Source of the DNA: an uncultured Clostridium sp.
GTDB lineage: Bacteria > Bacillota > Clostridia > Lachnospirales > Lachnospiraceae
Assembly (NCBI GenBank): GCA_945915475.1
Contig: CAMEFI010000015.1
Span: 3,277-67,276 of the forward strand
Reading direction: 5' to 3'
Length of the DNA: 64,000 bases
Shown here: one piece after another, positions 8,808 through 20,237 of the stretch
Numbering within the stretch: position 1 is the stretch's first letter
How the letters are laid out: each line of letters opens with the position of its first letter
Translations under genes and position numbers: made by a program
Notes under the pieces: generated by a model
Told to the model about the DNA's origin: nothing
Databases searched by the model: none
What the model saw: only the letters and a program-made list of their open reading frames with translations

Positions 8808-9788
8808 ATGAGTACTTGTGAGAAAAGCATCACAATCCCTTCTGATTGTATTGCAAATGTATTTGGACAATTTGATTCGCATGTAAAACGGATTGAGAGG
8901 TCTTTGAATGTGACAATGGTATTACGGGATACCCAGTTGAAGATCATGGGAGAAGAATCTTTTGTTGATAAGTCGATTGAAGTTATGAATTCCCTTGTTA
9001 CACTGGCAAAGCGTGGGAATACCATTACAGAGCAGAATGTCAATTATGCTTTGTCATTATCTATAGAGCATCATTCTGATACCGTTGTGGAATTAGATAA
9101 AGACATTATTTGTCATACTGTTAATGGCAAGCCGGTGAAAGCAAAGACACTGGGTCAGAAACAGTATCTGAATGCCATTGATAAGAATATGGTTGTGTTT
9201 GGCGTTGGGCCGGCAGGTACCGGTAAGACATATCTTGCCATGGCTAAGGCAATCACAGCCTTTAAGAATAATGAGATTAATAGAATAATTTTAACTCGTC
9301 CGGCAATTGAAGCAGGGGAAAAATTAGGATTTCTTCCCGGCGATCTGCAAAGTAAAGTAGATCCTTATCTGCGTCCTCTTTATGACGCTCTTTATGAGAT
9401 CATGGGCGCGGACAGTTTCCTTAAAAATATGGAAAAAGGATTGATCGAAGTAGCTCCTCTTGCTTACATGCGGGGAAGGACGTTAGATAATGCCTTTATT
9501 GTTTTAGATGAGGCACAGAATACGACACCTGCACAGATGAAGATGTTTTTGACGAGAATTGGATTTGGATCCAAAGCAATTATAACAGGTGATTTATCCC
9601 AAAAGGACATTCCTAAGGATGCGGTAAGCGGATTGGATGTTGCATTGAAGGTTCTTCATAATGTAGAAGACATTGCTGTATGCCGGATGACGAGCCAGGA
9701 TGTTGTCAGACATCCATTGGTGCAACGGATCGTGAAGGCATATGATGACTATGAATCAAAGCATTCAAAGAAGGGAAAACGTTCATAG
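8808..9788 (+). CDS. phoH: PhoH-like ATPase
   Basis: Walker A GPAGTGKT, Walker B IVLDEAQN and PhoH-type conserved blocks. Confidence 0.92.
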   Translation: MSTCEKSITIPSDCIANVFGQFDSHVKRIERSLNVTMVLRDTQLKIMGEESFVDKSIEVMNSLVTLAKRGNTITEQNVNYALSLSIEHHSDTVVELDKDIICHTVNGKPVKAKTLGQKQYLNAIDKNMVVFGVGPAGTGKTYLAMAKAITAFKNNEINRIILTRPAIEAGEKLGFLPGDLQSKVDPYLRPLYDALYEIMGADSFLKNMEKGLIEVAPLAYMRGRTLDNAFIVLDEAQNTTPAQMKMFLTRIGFGSKAIITGDLSQKDIPKDAVSGLDVALKVLHNVEDIAVCRMTSQDVVRHPLVQRIVKAYDDYESKHSKKGKRS

Positions 9789-9792
9789 AAAC

Positions 9793-9821
9793 TTGATTTA
9801 TCACTATATATCGTATATAAT
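9793..9821 (+). promoter_or_regulatory. Candidate internal promoter upstream of ybeY
   Basis: TTGATT, a 17-nt spacer, then TATAAT. Confidence 0.35.
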
Positions 9822-9911
9822 AGACTTAGTTTTGTTGATTTTAACAAGATGTTGTTGGAATTTGCAGATAACCGTCTGATTTATGATTATTTTGAATGGG
9901 AAGTTGGAAGA

Positions 9912-10418
9912 ATGACAATATTTCTTGAAAATGAAACGGATATAGATCTTGGGATTGATTATGAGAACATTGCCGGTCGAGTAGTAGAGGCAGCTCTTGA
10001 ATATGTACATTGTCCATATGAATGTGAAGTGAATATATTATTGACGGATAATAATGGCATTCAGAAAGTGAATAAGCAGATGCGGGGAATCGATTCACCG
10101 ACAGATGTTTTATCTTTTCCAATGATTGATTATGAGTCAGAGGCAGATTTTTCCATTGCGGAGAGGGATCCTGCATCGTACTTTGATGCAGATAATGGGG
10201 AATTATTACTAGGTGATATTATGATTTCCCTTGATCGGGTAAGAGAGCAGGCCTTAGAGTATAATCATAGTACGGTAAGAGAATATGCATTCCTGATTGC
10301 CCATAGTATGTTGCATTTATCCGGGTATGATCATATGGTGGAAGATGAACGGATTCGGATGGAAGATATGCAGGAAGATATTCTTCAGAGTATCGGTTAT
10401 ACAAGAGAAATGGAATAG
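9912..10418 (+). CDS. ybeY: rRNA maturation endoribonuclease YbeY
   Basis: Zinc motif HSMLHLSGYDH. Start taken at ATG 9912 (MTIFLENE) rather than the tracked 9849. Confidence 0.9.
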   Translation: MTIFLENETDIDLGIDYENIAGRVVEAALEYVHCPYECEVNILLTDNNGIQKVNKQMRGIDSPTDVLSFPMIDYESEADFSIAERDPASYFDADNGELLLGDIMISLDRVREQALEYNHSTVREYAFLIAHSMLHLSGYDHMVEDERIRMEDMQEDILQSIGYTREME

Positions 10419-10432
10419 TAAGGAGAAGAAGA

Positions 10433-11497
10433 ATGAAAAAAAGATTATTAACAGCTACATTTCTTACAATTGCGGTTTTGGGATTGTTCGGATGTGGCAA
10501 GAAAGAAGAGACAACAGAAGCAACAACTACAGAGGTAACCACAGAGGAAGCATCATCAGAAGATACATCACATGAGGGAATGACTTATAATGAATTAACC
10601 GGTGAATGGTCAGCAGATTATGTCAGTCGCAGACCGGTTGCTGTAATGATCAATAATTTGAAAGAAGCGCTTCCGTCTTCCAGCACCAAACAGGCAGATG
10701 TAATCTATGAATGTATGGTGGAGGGTGGAATTACCCGTTTAATGGCGATCTATTCCAATTATGAGAACTTGGAGAAGGTTGGATCTGTCAGAAGTGCAAG
10801 ACATTATTATATCAACATTGCCAATGAGTATAATGCCATTTATGTACACTATGGACAATCTAAGCCGGCAAAGGAGATATTAGACCAGAAAGTAATTGAT
10901 AATATCAATGGACTTACCTATGATGCAGGTTTCTATCGGGATAGTGACAGAGTTGCACCTCATAATGCCTATACAACCGGTGAACGGATTGTGAAGGGAA
11001 TTGAAGACTTTAATTATTCAACAGAATATGATAGCACACATGAGAAAGTGTTAACTTTTAACGAAGAGGATACCGATCTTACAAATGGTCAGGATGCAGG
11101 AACAGTACGTGTAAGTTTTAGTAATTATTCTAAGCCATATTTTATTTATAATGCCGATACCAAGTTGTATGATCGATATGAATATGATGCACCTCAGATT
11201 GATAATTTAGCAGATGAGAATGATAATGTGCTTAATTTCAAGAATGTTATTATTCAGATATCATCATATGAGTGCATCAACCAGAAGAATGATTTACAGG
11301 AACTTACACAGATTGGTGAGGGTACAGGTTATTATTGTACCAATGGGAAAGAGATTCCAATTACATGGAAGAAAGAAACAAAGGGGACTCCAACCAAATA
11401 TTACACAGAAGATGGTCAGGAGTTGTTATTGAATCCGGGTAAGACATGGATTTCCATTATAGGTGATGGGGAGAATGCCGGTGTCACATTTGAATAG
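10433..11497 (+). CDS. DUF3048-family lipoprotein
   Basis: Lipobox LGLFGC, a Thr/Glu-rich linker, and a YerB/DUF3048-like core (RPVAVMINN, GGITRLMAIY). Confidence 0.8.
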   Translation: MKKRLLTATFLTIAVLGLFGCGKKEETTEATTTEVTTEEASSEDTSHEGMTYNELTGEWSADYVSRRPVAVMINNLKEALPSSSTKQADVIYECMVEGGITRLMAIYSNYENLEKVGSVRSARHYYINIANEYNAIYVHYGQSKPAKEILDQKVIDNINGLTYDAGFYRDSDRVAPHNAYTTGERIVKGIEDFNYSTEYDSTHEKVLTFNEEDTDLTNGQDAGTVRVSFSNYSKPYFIYNADTKLYDRYEYDAPQIDNLADENDNVLNFKNVIIQISSYECINQKNDLQELTQIGEGTGYYCTNGKEIPITWKKETKGTPTKYYTEDGQELLLNPGKTWISIIGDGENAGVTFE

Positions 11498-11521
11498 AGT
11501 ATAATGATACGTCAAAGATGA

Positions 11522-11558
11522 GGGGCTGTCACAATATGAGCAGCCCCTTATCCTTATC
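11522..11558 (+). terminator. Candidate terminator hairpin after the DUF3048 gene
   Basis: GGGGCTG, a 12-nt loop, CAGCCCC, then a T-rich tail (TTATCCTTATC). The U tract is weak. Confidence 0.35.
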
Positions 11559-11628
11559 TATGATATCCGATATATCCTTGATGGTATCTTTTGGAACGGA
11601 AATATTGATTGAGAAAGAAGATAGGTGT

Positions 11629-12006
11629 ATGACAAATGAAGAACTAATTGCATGTGCAAAAGAAGCGGCTCTCATAGCTTATGCTCCATATTCCCATTAT
11701 CAGGTAGGTGCAGCACTTCTTACAAAGGAAGGTCGTCTCTATACCGGTTGCAACATTGAAAATGCTTCTTATGGGGCGACGAATTGTGCAGAAAGAACAG
11801 CAATCTTTAAGGCTGTTTCAGAAGGAGAAAGAGATTTTGTTAAGATTGCAGTGGTTGCGGGAGATGGAACCACGGCATACCCATGTGGAATTTGTTTACA
11901 GGTAATGAACGAATTTATGCCGGAGGCAGATATTTTGTTAGAAGCAGATGGAGAAGTTGTTACTTATTCTTTGCGGGAGCTATTACCAAAAGGATTTGTT
12001 TTGTAA
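11629..12006 (+). CDS. cdd: Cytidine deaminase
   Basis: CAER and PCGICLQ zinc-binding motifs. Start at ATG 11629; the tracked N-terminal extension runs through the hairpin. Confidence 0.92.
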   Translation: MTNEELIACAKEAALIAYAPYSHYQVGAALLTKEGRLYTGCNIENASYGATNCAERTAIFKAVSEGERDFVKIAVVAGDGTTAYPCGICLQVMNEFMPEADILLEADGEVVTYSLRELLPKGFVL

Positions 12007-12024
12007 TTTACATGAGAGGGAAAT

Positions 12025-14658
12025 ATGTACGAGATACTTTTTTACATTCAATTATTAGGAGCAGTTATTGGCTTCGCTAATTTAGTTATTGTTGGTTTAC
12101 AGAAGAGTTCAGAGAATCAGAAGATTCTAATGCTGGCATCGACATGTGCGTTTATCAGCATTATTTCTTATCTGTTTGAAATACAGGCAACCAATGTATC
12201 AGAGATGTTACTTGCAGTACGTTTTGGATATATAGGGAAGAGTTATGTCATTTTGTTTATGATATTGTTTGAATGTAAGTATTGTAATGTGAAATTTCCA
12301 CCGGCCCTGATCAAAGGTCTGTTTGTCTTTAATACATTTATGCTTTTGCTTGTGATAACCTGTACACAGCATACATTTTACTACAAAAATTATTCATTAT
12401 CTACAAGTGGATTTTTCCCACATTTACAGTTTGAGCGTGGAATTGGATACTATCTGTTTATGGCATCTACGTTGTTGATGATTGGATATGCCGCCTTTAT
12501 TGCTTTGACACAGTCCATCAAAAGGAAAGGATATGAGAGAAAACGTGTCTTTTTATTGTTGTTAGCCGGTGTATTTCCTGCCATTATGTTGTCTTTGTAT
12601 CTGACAGGTATTCTTCGATCATTTGATCCGACACCCATCGGCATTATTATTTCCTGTTGCCTGATTACCATTAATGTGTTGAACTATGGTTTACTAGATA
12701 CGATGCAGGTAGCAAGTGAACGGGTTTTAGAGAATATCAGAGAAGGGCTGATCATCATTGATCCGAATTATCAGTTATTATATTCCAATGCTATTGCGAA
12801 AGAAGTTTTCCCGGATCTGTTAGACAAGAACAAAGAAGATGCTGTTGTCTCCATGCTGTTTGATGAGAATGGAGAGTCTGTATATAATTGTCAGGATAAG
12901 AATTACGAGGTGCGTATTTCACCTTTGCTTGAAGAAATGTCTGTGAAAGGATATATTGCATGGATTTTTGACATGTCATTTATTAATCGGTATACAGATG
13001 AAATGATTTCATTAAAGCAGGATGCTGAACGTGCGAACCAGGCAAAATCTGTTTTTCTTGCTAACATGAGTCATGAGATTCGTACACCGATGAATGCCAT
13101 TATGGGATTTTCTTCTCTCGCATTGCAAAATGATAACATAACAGAAATGAAAGAACAGATAAGATATATATATAATTCTGCAAAATCTTTACTAAATATT
13201 ATTAATGAAATTCTCGATATTTCCAAAATTGAGTCTGGGAAGATGGAATTGTATATTCATGATTTTAATTCCAGAACGCTGTTGGCAGATGTTGTATCAA
13301 TTGCAGGTTCCCAGGTGGATCAGGAGAGGATCCATTTTGTGTATGATATTCCCACAGAATTTCCGAGTGTGTTGTCCGGGGACGATACAAAGCTTCGGGA
13401 AGTCATAATCAATTTATTGAATAATGCCATCAAATATACCAAAGAGGGAATGATTACTTTTCGTATTCTGATTGATGCACAAAGTCATGATGCTATATCC
13501 TATACAATTGAGGTGAAGGATACTGGTATGGGAATTCGGGAAGAGGATCAGGAGCGTATTTTTGGAATGTTTGTGAGAACAAACATAAAGGAAACTACGG
13601 ATATTGAAGGATCAGGACTTGGTTTATCTATTGTAAAGGGATATGTTGACTTAATGGGAGGAACTTTAGAATGTGAGAGTGAATACGGAAAAGGAACCAC
13701 TTTCAGGGTACATCTGCAGCAAAATGTGGTAGATCCTGCGCCAATGGGTGAGTTAGAGCGGATTATAACGGAGGAGACTATACCAGTGCAGCTGGCATTT
13801 CCGAATCGCACCGCTTTAGTTGTAGATGATAATCAAGTGAATCTCTTAGTTACCAGTCAGATATTAGAAAAGTATAAGATAGAGGTTGATACAGTCTTAA
13901 ACGGCAAGCGTGCATTACGTGCAGTGGCAGCCAAGCATTATGATATTATTTTCTTAGATCATATGATGCCGGAGATGGATGGAATAGAGACACTTCATCA
14001 GATGAAGCGTACGCCGGGTCTGCTTGTTCATACAGTGACAGTGGCTCTTACGGCGAATGCTGTTGATGGGGTGAAAGAACAACTCATTTCTGAAGGCTTT
14101 GATGAATATCTAAGCAAACCATTGCTGAAAGAAGACTTAGAACAAATTTTACTCTCTGTATGGAAACCGGATGAGGCAGACACGGAAATTGTACCTTTGA
14201 AGGAATCTTGTACAGAACCGGATAAGAAAGTGACAGTCGAAGAGGAAACGTTAAGTGAAAGTCTTGATAAAATTGGAATTGATATGAGAGCGGGACTTGG
14301 TTATTGTAACGAGGATGAGGATATCTATTATGAAATACTGAATCTTGCAATCGAGACATATCCGGAAAAAAGCCAGAAATTACAGCAATGGTATGAAGAA
14401 AAGGATTACAAGAATTACATCATAGAAGTTCATGGATTAAAAAGCTCTCTTTGGATCGTAGGGGCAACAAAGCTTGGACAATTTGCAGAGAAACAGGAGA
14501 AGACATTAAAGGCAGATGACACAGATTTTTTGAATGAGACATATCATGTGTTACAAAAGGATTACTTTAGTCTTATCTGCGCTCTATATCAAACACTTAT
14601 AAAGCATTCTCTATTGCGTGAGGATTTGCGCGATGATGATAGGTATATTGTTGAATAA
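12025..14658 (+). CDS. Hybrid sensor histidine kinase / response regulator with C-terminal Hpt-like domain
   Basis: N-terminal multi-TM domain, H-box SHEIRTPMN, HATPase N/G boxes ([16 protein letters not shown]), a REC domain ([14 protein letters not shown]) and a helical Hpt-like tail. Confidence 0.9.
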   Translation: MYEILFYIQLLGAVIGFANLVIVGLQKSSENQKILMLASTCAFISIISYLFEIQATNVSEMLLAVRFGYIGKSYVILFMILFECKYCNVKFPPALIKGLFVFNTFMLLLVITCTQHTFYYKNYSLSTSGFFPHLQFERGIGYYLFMASTLLMIGYAAFIALTQSIKRKGYERKRVFLLLLAGVFPAIMLSLYLTGILRSFDPTPIGIIISCCLITINVLNYGLLDTMQVASERVLENIREGLIIIDPNYQLLYSNAIAKEVFPDLLDKNKEDAVVSMLFDENGESVYNCQDKNYEVRISPLLEEMSVKGYIAWIFDMSFINRYTDEMISLKQDAERANQAKSVFLANMSHEIRTPMNAIMGFSSLALQNDNITEMKEQIRYIYNSAKSLLNIINEILDISKIESGKMELYIHDFNSRTLLADVVSIAGSQVDQERIHFVYDIPTEFPSVLSGDDTKLREVIINLLNNAIKYTKEGMITFRILIDAQSHDAISYTIEVKDTGMGIREEDQERIFGMFVRTNIKETTDIEGSGLGLSIVKGYVDLMGGTLECESEYGKGTTFRVHLQQNVVDPAPMGELERIITEETIPVQLAFPNRTALVVDDNQVNLLVTSQILEKYKIEVDTVLNGKRALRAVAAKHYDIIFLDHMMPEMDGIETLHQMKRTPGLLVHTVTVALTANAVDGVKEQLISEGFDEYLSKPLLKEDLEQILLSVWKPDEADTEIVPLKESCTEPDKKVTVEEETLSESLDKIGIDMRAGLGYCNEDEDIYYEILNLAIETYPEKSQKLQQWYEEKDYKNYIIEVHGLKSSLWIVGATKLGQFAEKQEKTLKADDTDFLNETYHVLQKDYFSLICALYQTLIKHSLLREDLRDDDRYIVE

Positions 14659-14708
14659 GATTGTAAAATGATGGTCATACTTTTCCATATAAATATATGG
14701 AGGAAGTT

Positions 14709-15305
14709 ATGAAACGCAATCTGTTTTTTGCAATTTTTGCATTGGTTACCGGTCTGTTTGCTGCAATATCGGTCTATGCATATCAATATTTTTATCCGGA
14801 TAAATATGTCAAGACTCCGGATGGTACGTATCAAAATGTAGCTGTCGCTAAGGAAGCCACGCCATTTCCGATATCACAAGATACAGTATTTACGATAGAG
14901 TATTATTACAAGGATAAGGATCGCACCTTGACGGAAGAGATTAGCAGTATTCCTTCTTTACTTGGTTGTGATAAGGCAGGTGTAGAGCGGTATCTGCATG
15001 ATTATATGCGGCATTTATCAAAGGATGAGCAGGAAGAGGGATTGATCTCCTATGAGCTTATTTCTTATAAAGAAAATCATCTATATCTTCGAAAGACTTA
15101 TGAGAAACCCATATATACAGGTTATTATGCGAAGTCTTTTAACGGATATGTTGTTATATTAAATGGTGATGAGAAGACTGTCTATGAATATACACCGATT
15201 TCCCTGCATTTACTTCCAGATGACATCAGGGAAGAAGTTATGGATGGTTATTATTTAGAAAATGAAGAAGATTTATATAATTTCTTGGAAAATTACTCAA
15301 GTTAA
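14709..15305 (+). CDS. Membrane-anchored hypothetical protein (possibly BofC C-terminal-domain-like)
   Basis: GGAGGAAG RBS, N-terminal TM helix. The function is not recognised with confidence. Confidence 0.7.
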   Translation: MKRNLFFAIFALVTGLFAAISVYAYQYFYPDKYVKTPDGTYQNVAVAKEATPFPISQDTVFTIEYYYKDKDRTLTEEISSIPSLLGCDKAGVERYLHDYMRHLSKDEQEEGLISYELISYKENHLYLRKTYEKPIYTGYYAKSFNGYVVILNGDEKTVYEYTPISLHLLPDDIREEVMDGYYLENEEDLYNFLENYSS

Positions 15306-15323
15306 AGGAGACTATTATCCCAT

Positions 15324-16571
15324 ATGATATACGATATAATTATAGTGGGCGGTGGTGCTTCCGGATTAAGTGCTGCATTGGAAGCGGCTATTGCGAATCG
15401 GCAATTGCATATTTTAGTTGTAGAAAAAGGATCTGTTTGCGGCAGAAAATTAAGTGCTTCCGGAAATGGTAAATGTAACCTTACCAATGCTGCATTTACT
15501 CCTGAATGCTATTATTCCACAGATATTGAATGGATAAAGGAATGGGTAAAACAACATGATTATCATGAAATGATCAATTATTTTCTGCAGTTGGGAATTC
15601 CTGTTTATGAAAAAAATGGTTATTATTATCCGGTATCGAACCAGGCAAAACAGGTAACAAATCTGTTGTTTGAAAGATGCAAAGAGCTGGGTGTTACTTT
15701 TGAACTGGAGACGGAAGTAACCGATGTGTATGCCCTGGAAGATCATGGAGATAGTCTATATGAGATTGTGACAAACAAGATGTCTTATCGGACACGTTCC
15801 CTTATTTTGTGTACAGGTGGTGCAGTATCACCTAAGCTTGGTGGAACGGCTTCCGGTTACCGGCTTGCAAAGCAACTTCAACATCATATGGTTGCAGACT
15901 ATCCGGTATTAAGTCCGGTATATGTTGAGGATGCATCTTTAAAGCTTGCAAAAGGTGTTCGTTTAGAAGGCATAGTTACCATGCAGACGCAATCAGAGAA
16001 GATATGGCAGGAAAAAGGACAGATCCAGTTTAATGATAACAATCTGTCTGGAATTGTCATGATGAATTTGTCTTGTAAACTTCCCTTTTGTAAAAAAGAT
16101 CAATTAACGAATGCGTTACATATTGACTGCCTGCCGGAATATAGCTGGAATACCTGTAAAGAATATGTTATGAAGCAGAGTAGATTATTTCCGGATGAAC
16201 CCCTTAATAACCTTTTGTTTGGAGTTTTTCCGGCCGGTTTTGTGCGGTATTTGTTATCCAGACTTCATATGGATGGTAATACCATGGTTAGTCATGTATC
16301 GGAAAAACAGTGGAACCGCATTGTGTCAAATTGTAAGAAACTGGTATTTACACCTATACTGAAGAAGGACTATGAAAAGGCGCAGGTAACAGCAGGTGGG
16401 GTTGCTCTTAAGGATATCTGTATAGATTCCTTTGAATCAAAGATTCACAAGAATTTGTATATTGTTGGAGAATTATTAGATGTGAATGGTATTTGTGGTG
16501 GATATAATCTTACATTTGCCATATTGTCAGGAATAGAAGCAGCAAGACATATCGGAGGAAAGCATGATTGA
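15324..16571 (+). CDS. NAD(P)/FAD-dependent oxidoreductase, HI0933/BaiN-like family
   Basis: Dinucleotide fold IIIVGGGASGL and family motif GRKLSASGNGKCNLTN. Confidence 0.85.
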   Translation: MIYDIIIVGGGASGLSAALEAAIANRQLHILVVEKGSVCGRKLSASGNGKCNLTNAAFTPECYYSTDIEWIKEWVKQHDYHEMINYFLQLGIPVYEKNGYYYPVSNQAKQVTNLLFERCKELGVTFELETEVTDVYALEDHGDSLYEIVTNKMSYRTRSLILCTGGAVSPKLGGTASGYRLAKQLQHHMVADYPVLSPVYVEDASLKLAKGVRLEGIVTMQTQSEKIWQEKGQIQFNDNNLSGIVMMNLSCKLPFCKKDQLTNALHIDCLPEYSWNTCKEYVMKQSRLFPDEPLNNLLFGVFPAGFVRYLLSRLHMDGNTMVSHVSEKQWNRIVSNCKKLVFTPILKKDYEKAQVTAGGVALKDICIDSFESKIHKNLYIVGELLDVNGICGGYNLTFAILSGIEAARHIGGKHD

Positions 16572-18156
16572 GATTAGAGGAATCAAAGTATTAGTTGAGA
16601 AAGATAAACAGGAATTAGAACGTCAGATCTGTAAAAAATTGCGAGTGAAAGATGTCCCACCTTATACCATTTTGAAACGTTCCATTGATGCAAGAAAGAA
16701 AAATACAATTTGTTATGTCTATCAAGTTGGAATTGATTTACCCAATGAAACAAAAATTGTGAATAAACTTCACGATAATAATATTATGTTAAGTAGCAGA
16801 GTGGCATATGAGATTCCTGAAAATGGAGATGTTTTCATGGAGCATCATCCCCTGGTGATCGGGGCCGGTCCTGCAGGACTTTTTTGTGCTTTATTATTGG
16901 CGAAAAGAGGGTTTACTCCTATTGTTGTGGAACGCGGTCTCCAGGTAGAAGAGCGCATGCGTGCAGTGGAAAGCTTTTGGAATGGCGGACCTTTGCAACC
17001 GGAATGTAATGTACAATTTGGAGAAGGCGGTGCCGGAACTTTTAGTGATGGTAAGCTGAATACCCAGGTTAAGGATAAATACGGAAGAATCCGCTTTGTG
17101 CTTGAGGAATTTGTAAAGCATGGTGCACCGGAATCCATTCTTTATGACAATAAGCCCCATGTTGGAACGGATCGTCTCGTTCAGGTTGTAAAAGGAATTC
17201 GTGAGGAGATTGAAGAATTAGGTGGCTTATTTCTTTTTGATACAAGGGCGGTTGATCTTCGGATGGAACAGAATAGGGTTACTGGTGTGAAATTATTACA
17301 TAATGGAACGGAGACATGGGTAGCATCTAATCATGTTATTTTTGCTGTAGGACATTCTGCAAGGGATACTTTTTCTATGTTATATGAGCATAATCTTACA
17401 ATGCAGTCTAAGGACTTTGCAATTGGTGTCCGGGTGGAGCATCCGGTAGAATGGATTCAAAAAGCAATGTATGGAGAGGGAAAAGTGGCGGAAATGTTAC
17501 CTGCTGCACCTTATAAGCTTACTTATCAGACTTCAAAGGGACGGGGTGTCTATTCGTTTTGTATGTGCCCGGGAGGATATGTGGTGAATGCATCATCGGA
17601 ACCGGAACATACGGTAGTGAACGGAATGAGTTATAGTGGACGGGATAGCAGGAATTCTAATTCTGCTATTGTGGTGACGATAAGAAGAGAAGATTATGGG
17701 AGTAATTCTCCCCTTTCCGGAGTGGAATTTCAACGGCAATTGGAATCTGCCATTTATGAACAGGGACATGGAGATGTATTAGTCCAACGGTTTGCGGACT
17801 TTGAAACGATGACCCCTTCTACAGAAATTGGAAGTATTGCCCCACAGATTAAGGGGGGGTATACTTGTGGTAATGTAGCAGCTTGTCTGCCGGCATTTGT
17901 GACAGAGGCGATTATAGAGGGAATCCATTATTTTGATAGGGAAATTCCCGGTTTTGCACATGAAGATACCATAATCTCCGGCGTGGAAAGCAGGACATCT
18001 TCTCCAGTACGAATTGAGAGGTCAGGTGAATTGGAATCCAATGTTCACGGTATTTATCCCTGTGGTGAGGGGGCAGGTTATGCAGGCGGAATTATGTCAG
18101 CAGCAATGGATGGAATGAAAGTTGCAGAGAGAATCATACAAAAATATTATAGATAA
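16564..18156 (+). CDS. FAD-dependent protein (COG2509-like dehydrogenase)
   Basis: GAGPAGLF Rossmann motif. 530 aa, overlapping the preceding gene by 8 nt. Confidence 0.8.
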   Translation: MIEIRGIKVLVEKDKQELERQICKKLRVKDVPPYTILKRSIDARKKNTICYVYQVGIDLPNETKIVNKLHDNNIMLSSRVAYEIPENGDVFMEHHPLVIGAGPAGLFCALLLAKRGFTPIVVERGLQVEERMRAVESFWNGGPLQPECNVQFGEGGAGTFSDGKLNTQVKDKYGRIRFVLEEFVKHGAPESILYDNKPHVGTDRLVQVVKGIREEIEELGGLFLFDTRAVDLRMEQNRVTGVKLLHNGTETWVASNHVIFAVGHSARDTFSMLYEHNLTMQSKDFAIGVRVEHPVEWIQKAMYGEGKVAEMLPAAPYKLTYQTSKGRGVYSFCMCPGGYVVNASSEPEHTVVNGMSYSGRDSRNSNSAIVVTIRREDYGSNSPLSGVEFQRQLESAIYEQGHGDVLVQRFADFETMTPSTEIGSIAPQIKGGYTCGNVAACLPAFVTEAIIEGIHYFDREIPGFAHEDTIISGVESRTSSPVRIERSGELESNVHGIYPCGEGAGYAGGIMSAAMDGMKVAERIIQKYYR

Positions 18157-18166
18157 AGGAGTAACT

Positions 18167-18391
18167 ATGGACGATAAGAAAATTGCACGTATTAATGCTT
18201 TATATCACAAGTCAAAAGCGGAAGGACTTTCAGAGGAAGAGAAAGTGGAGCAACAGATACTTCGACAGGAATATATTGATTCTATTAAGAAGAATATCCG
18301 GGTACAACTTGATAATACAAGTATCAAGAATCCGGATGGAACCATCACACCACTTAAGATGGTTCGGGAGCGGAATGAGAATGGAAAATAA
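18167..18391 (+). CDS. DUF896 / UPF0291 (YnzC-like) small protein
   Basis: 74 aa, AAGGAG RBS. The sequence INALYHKSKAEGLSEEEKVEQQILRQEYI is typical of UPF0291. Confidence 0.8.
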   Translation: MDDKKIARINALYHKSKAEGLSEEEKVEQQILRQEYIDSIKKNIRVQLDNTSIKNPDGTITPLKMVRERNENGK

Positions 18392-18950
18392 TATCGATAA
18401 GAGAACACTTCGGAAGGAAATGAGTGTAAAGCGGAATGCGTTATCTTCGCAGGAATGTAAAATCCGATCGGAACAGATTGCAATGCGTCTGTTGCAATCC
18501 GATATGTTCGAGAAAAGTGAGAGAATATGTATTTATAAGGCTTTTCGGAACGAGGTATCTTGTGATACAATCTGTCAGAAAGCATGGGAGACCGGAAAAG
18601 AAGTTTATGTTCCGATTACAGATGAATCGAAAAAAAGAATGGATTTTTATTCGATTACAGAGCAGACTGTATGGAAAGAAGGTGCATATGGAATTATGGA
18701 GCCTGTATTAGCAGGAGTGGAGTCTGTATTAGATGCACCTGCACTGATTCTGATGCCGGGACTGGTATTTGACCGGAATAAACATCGGATTGGTTATGGT
18801 GGTGGTTATTATGATAAATATCTTGCAACACATCCAATACATATTACGGCTGCTTTATGCTATGATTTTCAAATTACCGTGCAGGAACTGCCCAGTGAAG
18901 AACATGATATTTTGCCGGATTATTTGATTACAGAACAGATTATTTTATAA
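18381..18950 (+). CDS. 5-formyltetrahydrofolate cyclo-ligase
   Basis: GYGGGYYDKYL motif. Start at ATG 18375 or 18381; the longer tracked ORF overlaps the DUF896 gene in another frame. Confidence 0.85.
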   Translation: MENNIDKRTLRKEMSVKRNALSSQECKIRSEQIAMRLLQSDMFEKSERICIYKAFRNEVSCDTICQKAWETGKEVYVPITDESKKRMDFYSITEQTVWKEGAYGIMEPVLAGVESVLDAPALILMPGLVFDRNKHRIGYGGGYYDKYLATHPIHITAALCYDFQITVQELPSEEHDILPDYLITEQIIL

Positions 18951-18965
18951 AGGGAGGATTTCAAC

Positions 18966-20210
18966 ATGGAATTAGAAATAATGGGAAGATTAGCCAAAGA
19001 GGCTTCCAGAAAACTTATTACATTGCCAAAGCCGGTCAAAAATGCCTGTCTGGTAACGATTGCTAAAAACCTGGTAGATCACACAGAGCGGATTATCGAG
19101 GCAAATGAGAAAGATATTGCAAATGGCAAAGCGAACAATATGCCGGATTCTTTGTTAGATCGTTTGAAATTAACACCGGAACGAATTGAGGGGATTGCAG
19201 AAGGCGTGCGTCAGGTGGCTGGGTTAGAAGATCCTGTTGGTGAAGTGCTATCCATGAAGGAACGTCCAAATGGTCTGATGATTGGTAAGAAAAGGGTTCC
19301 TCTTGGGGTCATTGGAATTATTTATGAATCACGGCCAAATGTTACTGTGGATGCATTTTCACTATGTTTTAAGACGAGTAATGCAGTGATATTACGGGGC
19401 GGTTCGGATGCCATATATTCAAATATGACACTGGTGTCCATTATTAAAGATTCATTAGAGGAGATGCATGTGACTCCGGATGCTATTTTTCTGTTAGAAG
19501 ATACAAGCCGTGAAACTGCAACGAAATTGATGAGGCTTAATGAATATCTTGATGTTTTGATTCCAAGAGGTGGTGCGGGACTGATTCGGAGTGTTGTGGA
19601 GAATGCTACGGTACCGGTAATTGAAACAGGTACCGGTAACTGCCATGTATATATTGATGCTACGGCAGATGTGGATATGGCTGTAGAGATTGTGAAAAAT
19701 GCGAAATTACAGCGCCTTGGGGTTTGTAATGCCTGCGAGTCCCTTGTAATTCATCGTGACATAGCGTCAACGGTTATGCCAAAGCTTCTTGCCATGCTTA
19801 AAGAAAACAACTGTGAGGTTCGTGGAGACGAAACGATACAGACCTTTGATGTTAGTGTGATTCCGGCAACCGAAGAAGATTATGCAACAGAATATTTGGA
19901 TAAGATTATATCAGCTAAAGTGGTGGATTCCATTGATGAAGCCATTGAGCATATTAACCGGAATTCTACAGGACATTCTGAGTCAATCGTGACAAAGGAT
20001 TATGAAAATGCACAACGTTTTCTGAACGAAATAGACTCGGCAGCAGTCTATGTCAATGCCTCCACCCGGTTTACGGATGGCTTTGAATTCGGTTTTGGTG
20101 CTGAGATTGGAATCAGTACCCAGAAGCTTCATGCAAGAGGACCCATGGGATTAGAAGCATTAACCACTACAAAATATGTTATTTACGGGAATGGACAGGT
20201 GCGACCATAA
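18966..20210 (+). CDS. proA: Gamma-glutamyl phosphate reductase
   Basis: 414 aa, aldehyde-dehydrogenase fold with ProA blocks ([22 protein letters not shown]). Confidence 0.93.
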   Translation: MELEIMGRLAKEASRKLITLPKPVKNACLVTIAKNLVDHTERIIEANEKDIANGKANNMPDSLLDRLKLTPERIEGIAEGVRQVAGLEDPVGEVLSMKERPNGLMIGKKRVPLGVIGIIYESRPNVTVDAFSLCFKTSNAVILRGGSDAIYSNMTLVSIIKDSLEEMHVTPDAIFLLEDTSRETATKLMRLNEYLDVLIPRGGAGLIRSVVENATVPVIETGTGNCHVYIDATADVDMAVEIVKNAKLQRLGVCNACESLVIHRDIASTVMPKLLAMLKENNCEVRGDETIQTFDVSVIPATEEDYATEYLDKIISAKVVDSIDEAIEHINRNSTGHSESIVTKDYENAQRFLNEIDSAAVYVNASTRFTDGFEFGFGAEIGISTQKLHARGPMGLEALTTTKYVIYGNGQVRP

Positions 20211-20237
20211 TTGCCTTGTCTCTCCTATAGAGATGAT

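Noticed and set aside
18183-18380. N-terminal extension of the 5-formyl-THF cyclo-ligase ORF overlapping the DUF896 gene.
   Set aside because: The extension lies in an alternative frame of a well-supported gene. The conserved enzyme begins near MENNIDKRTLRKE.
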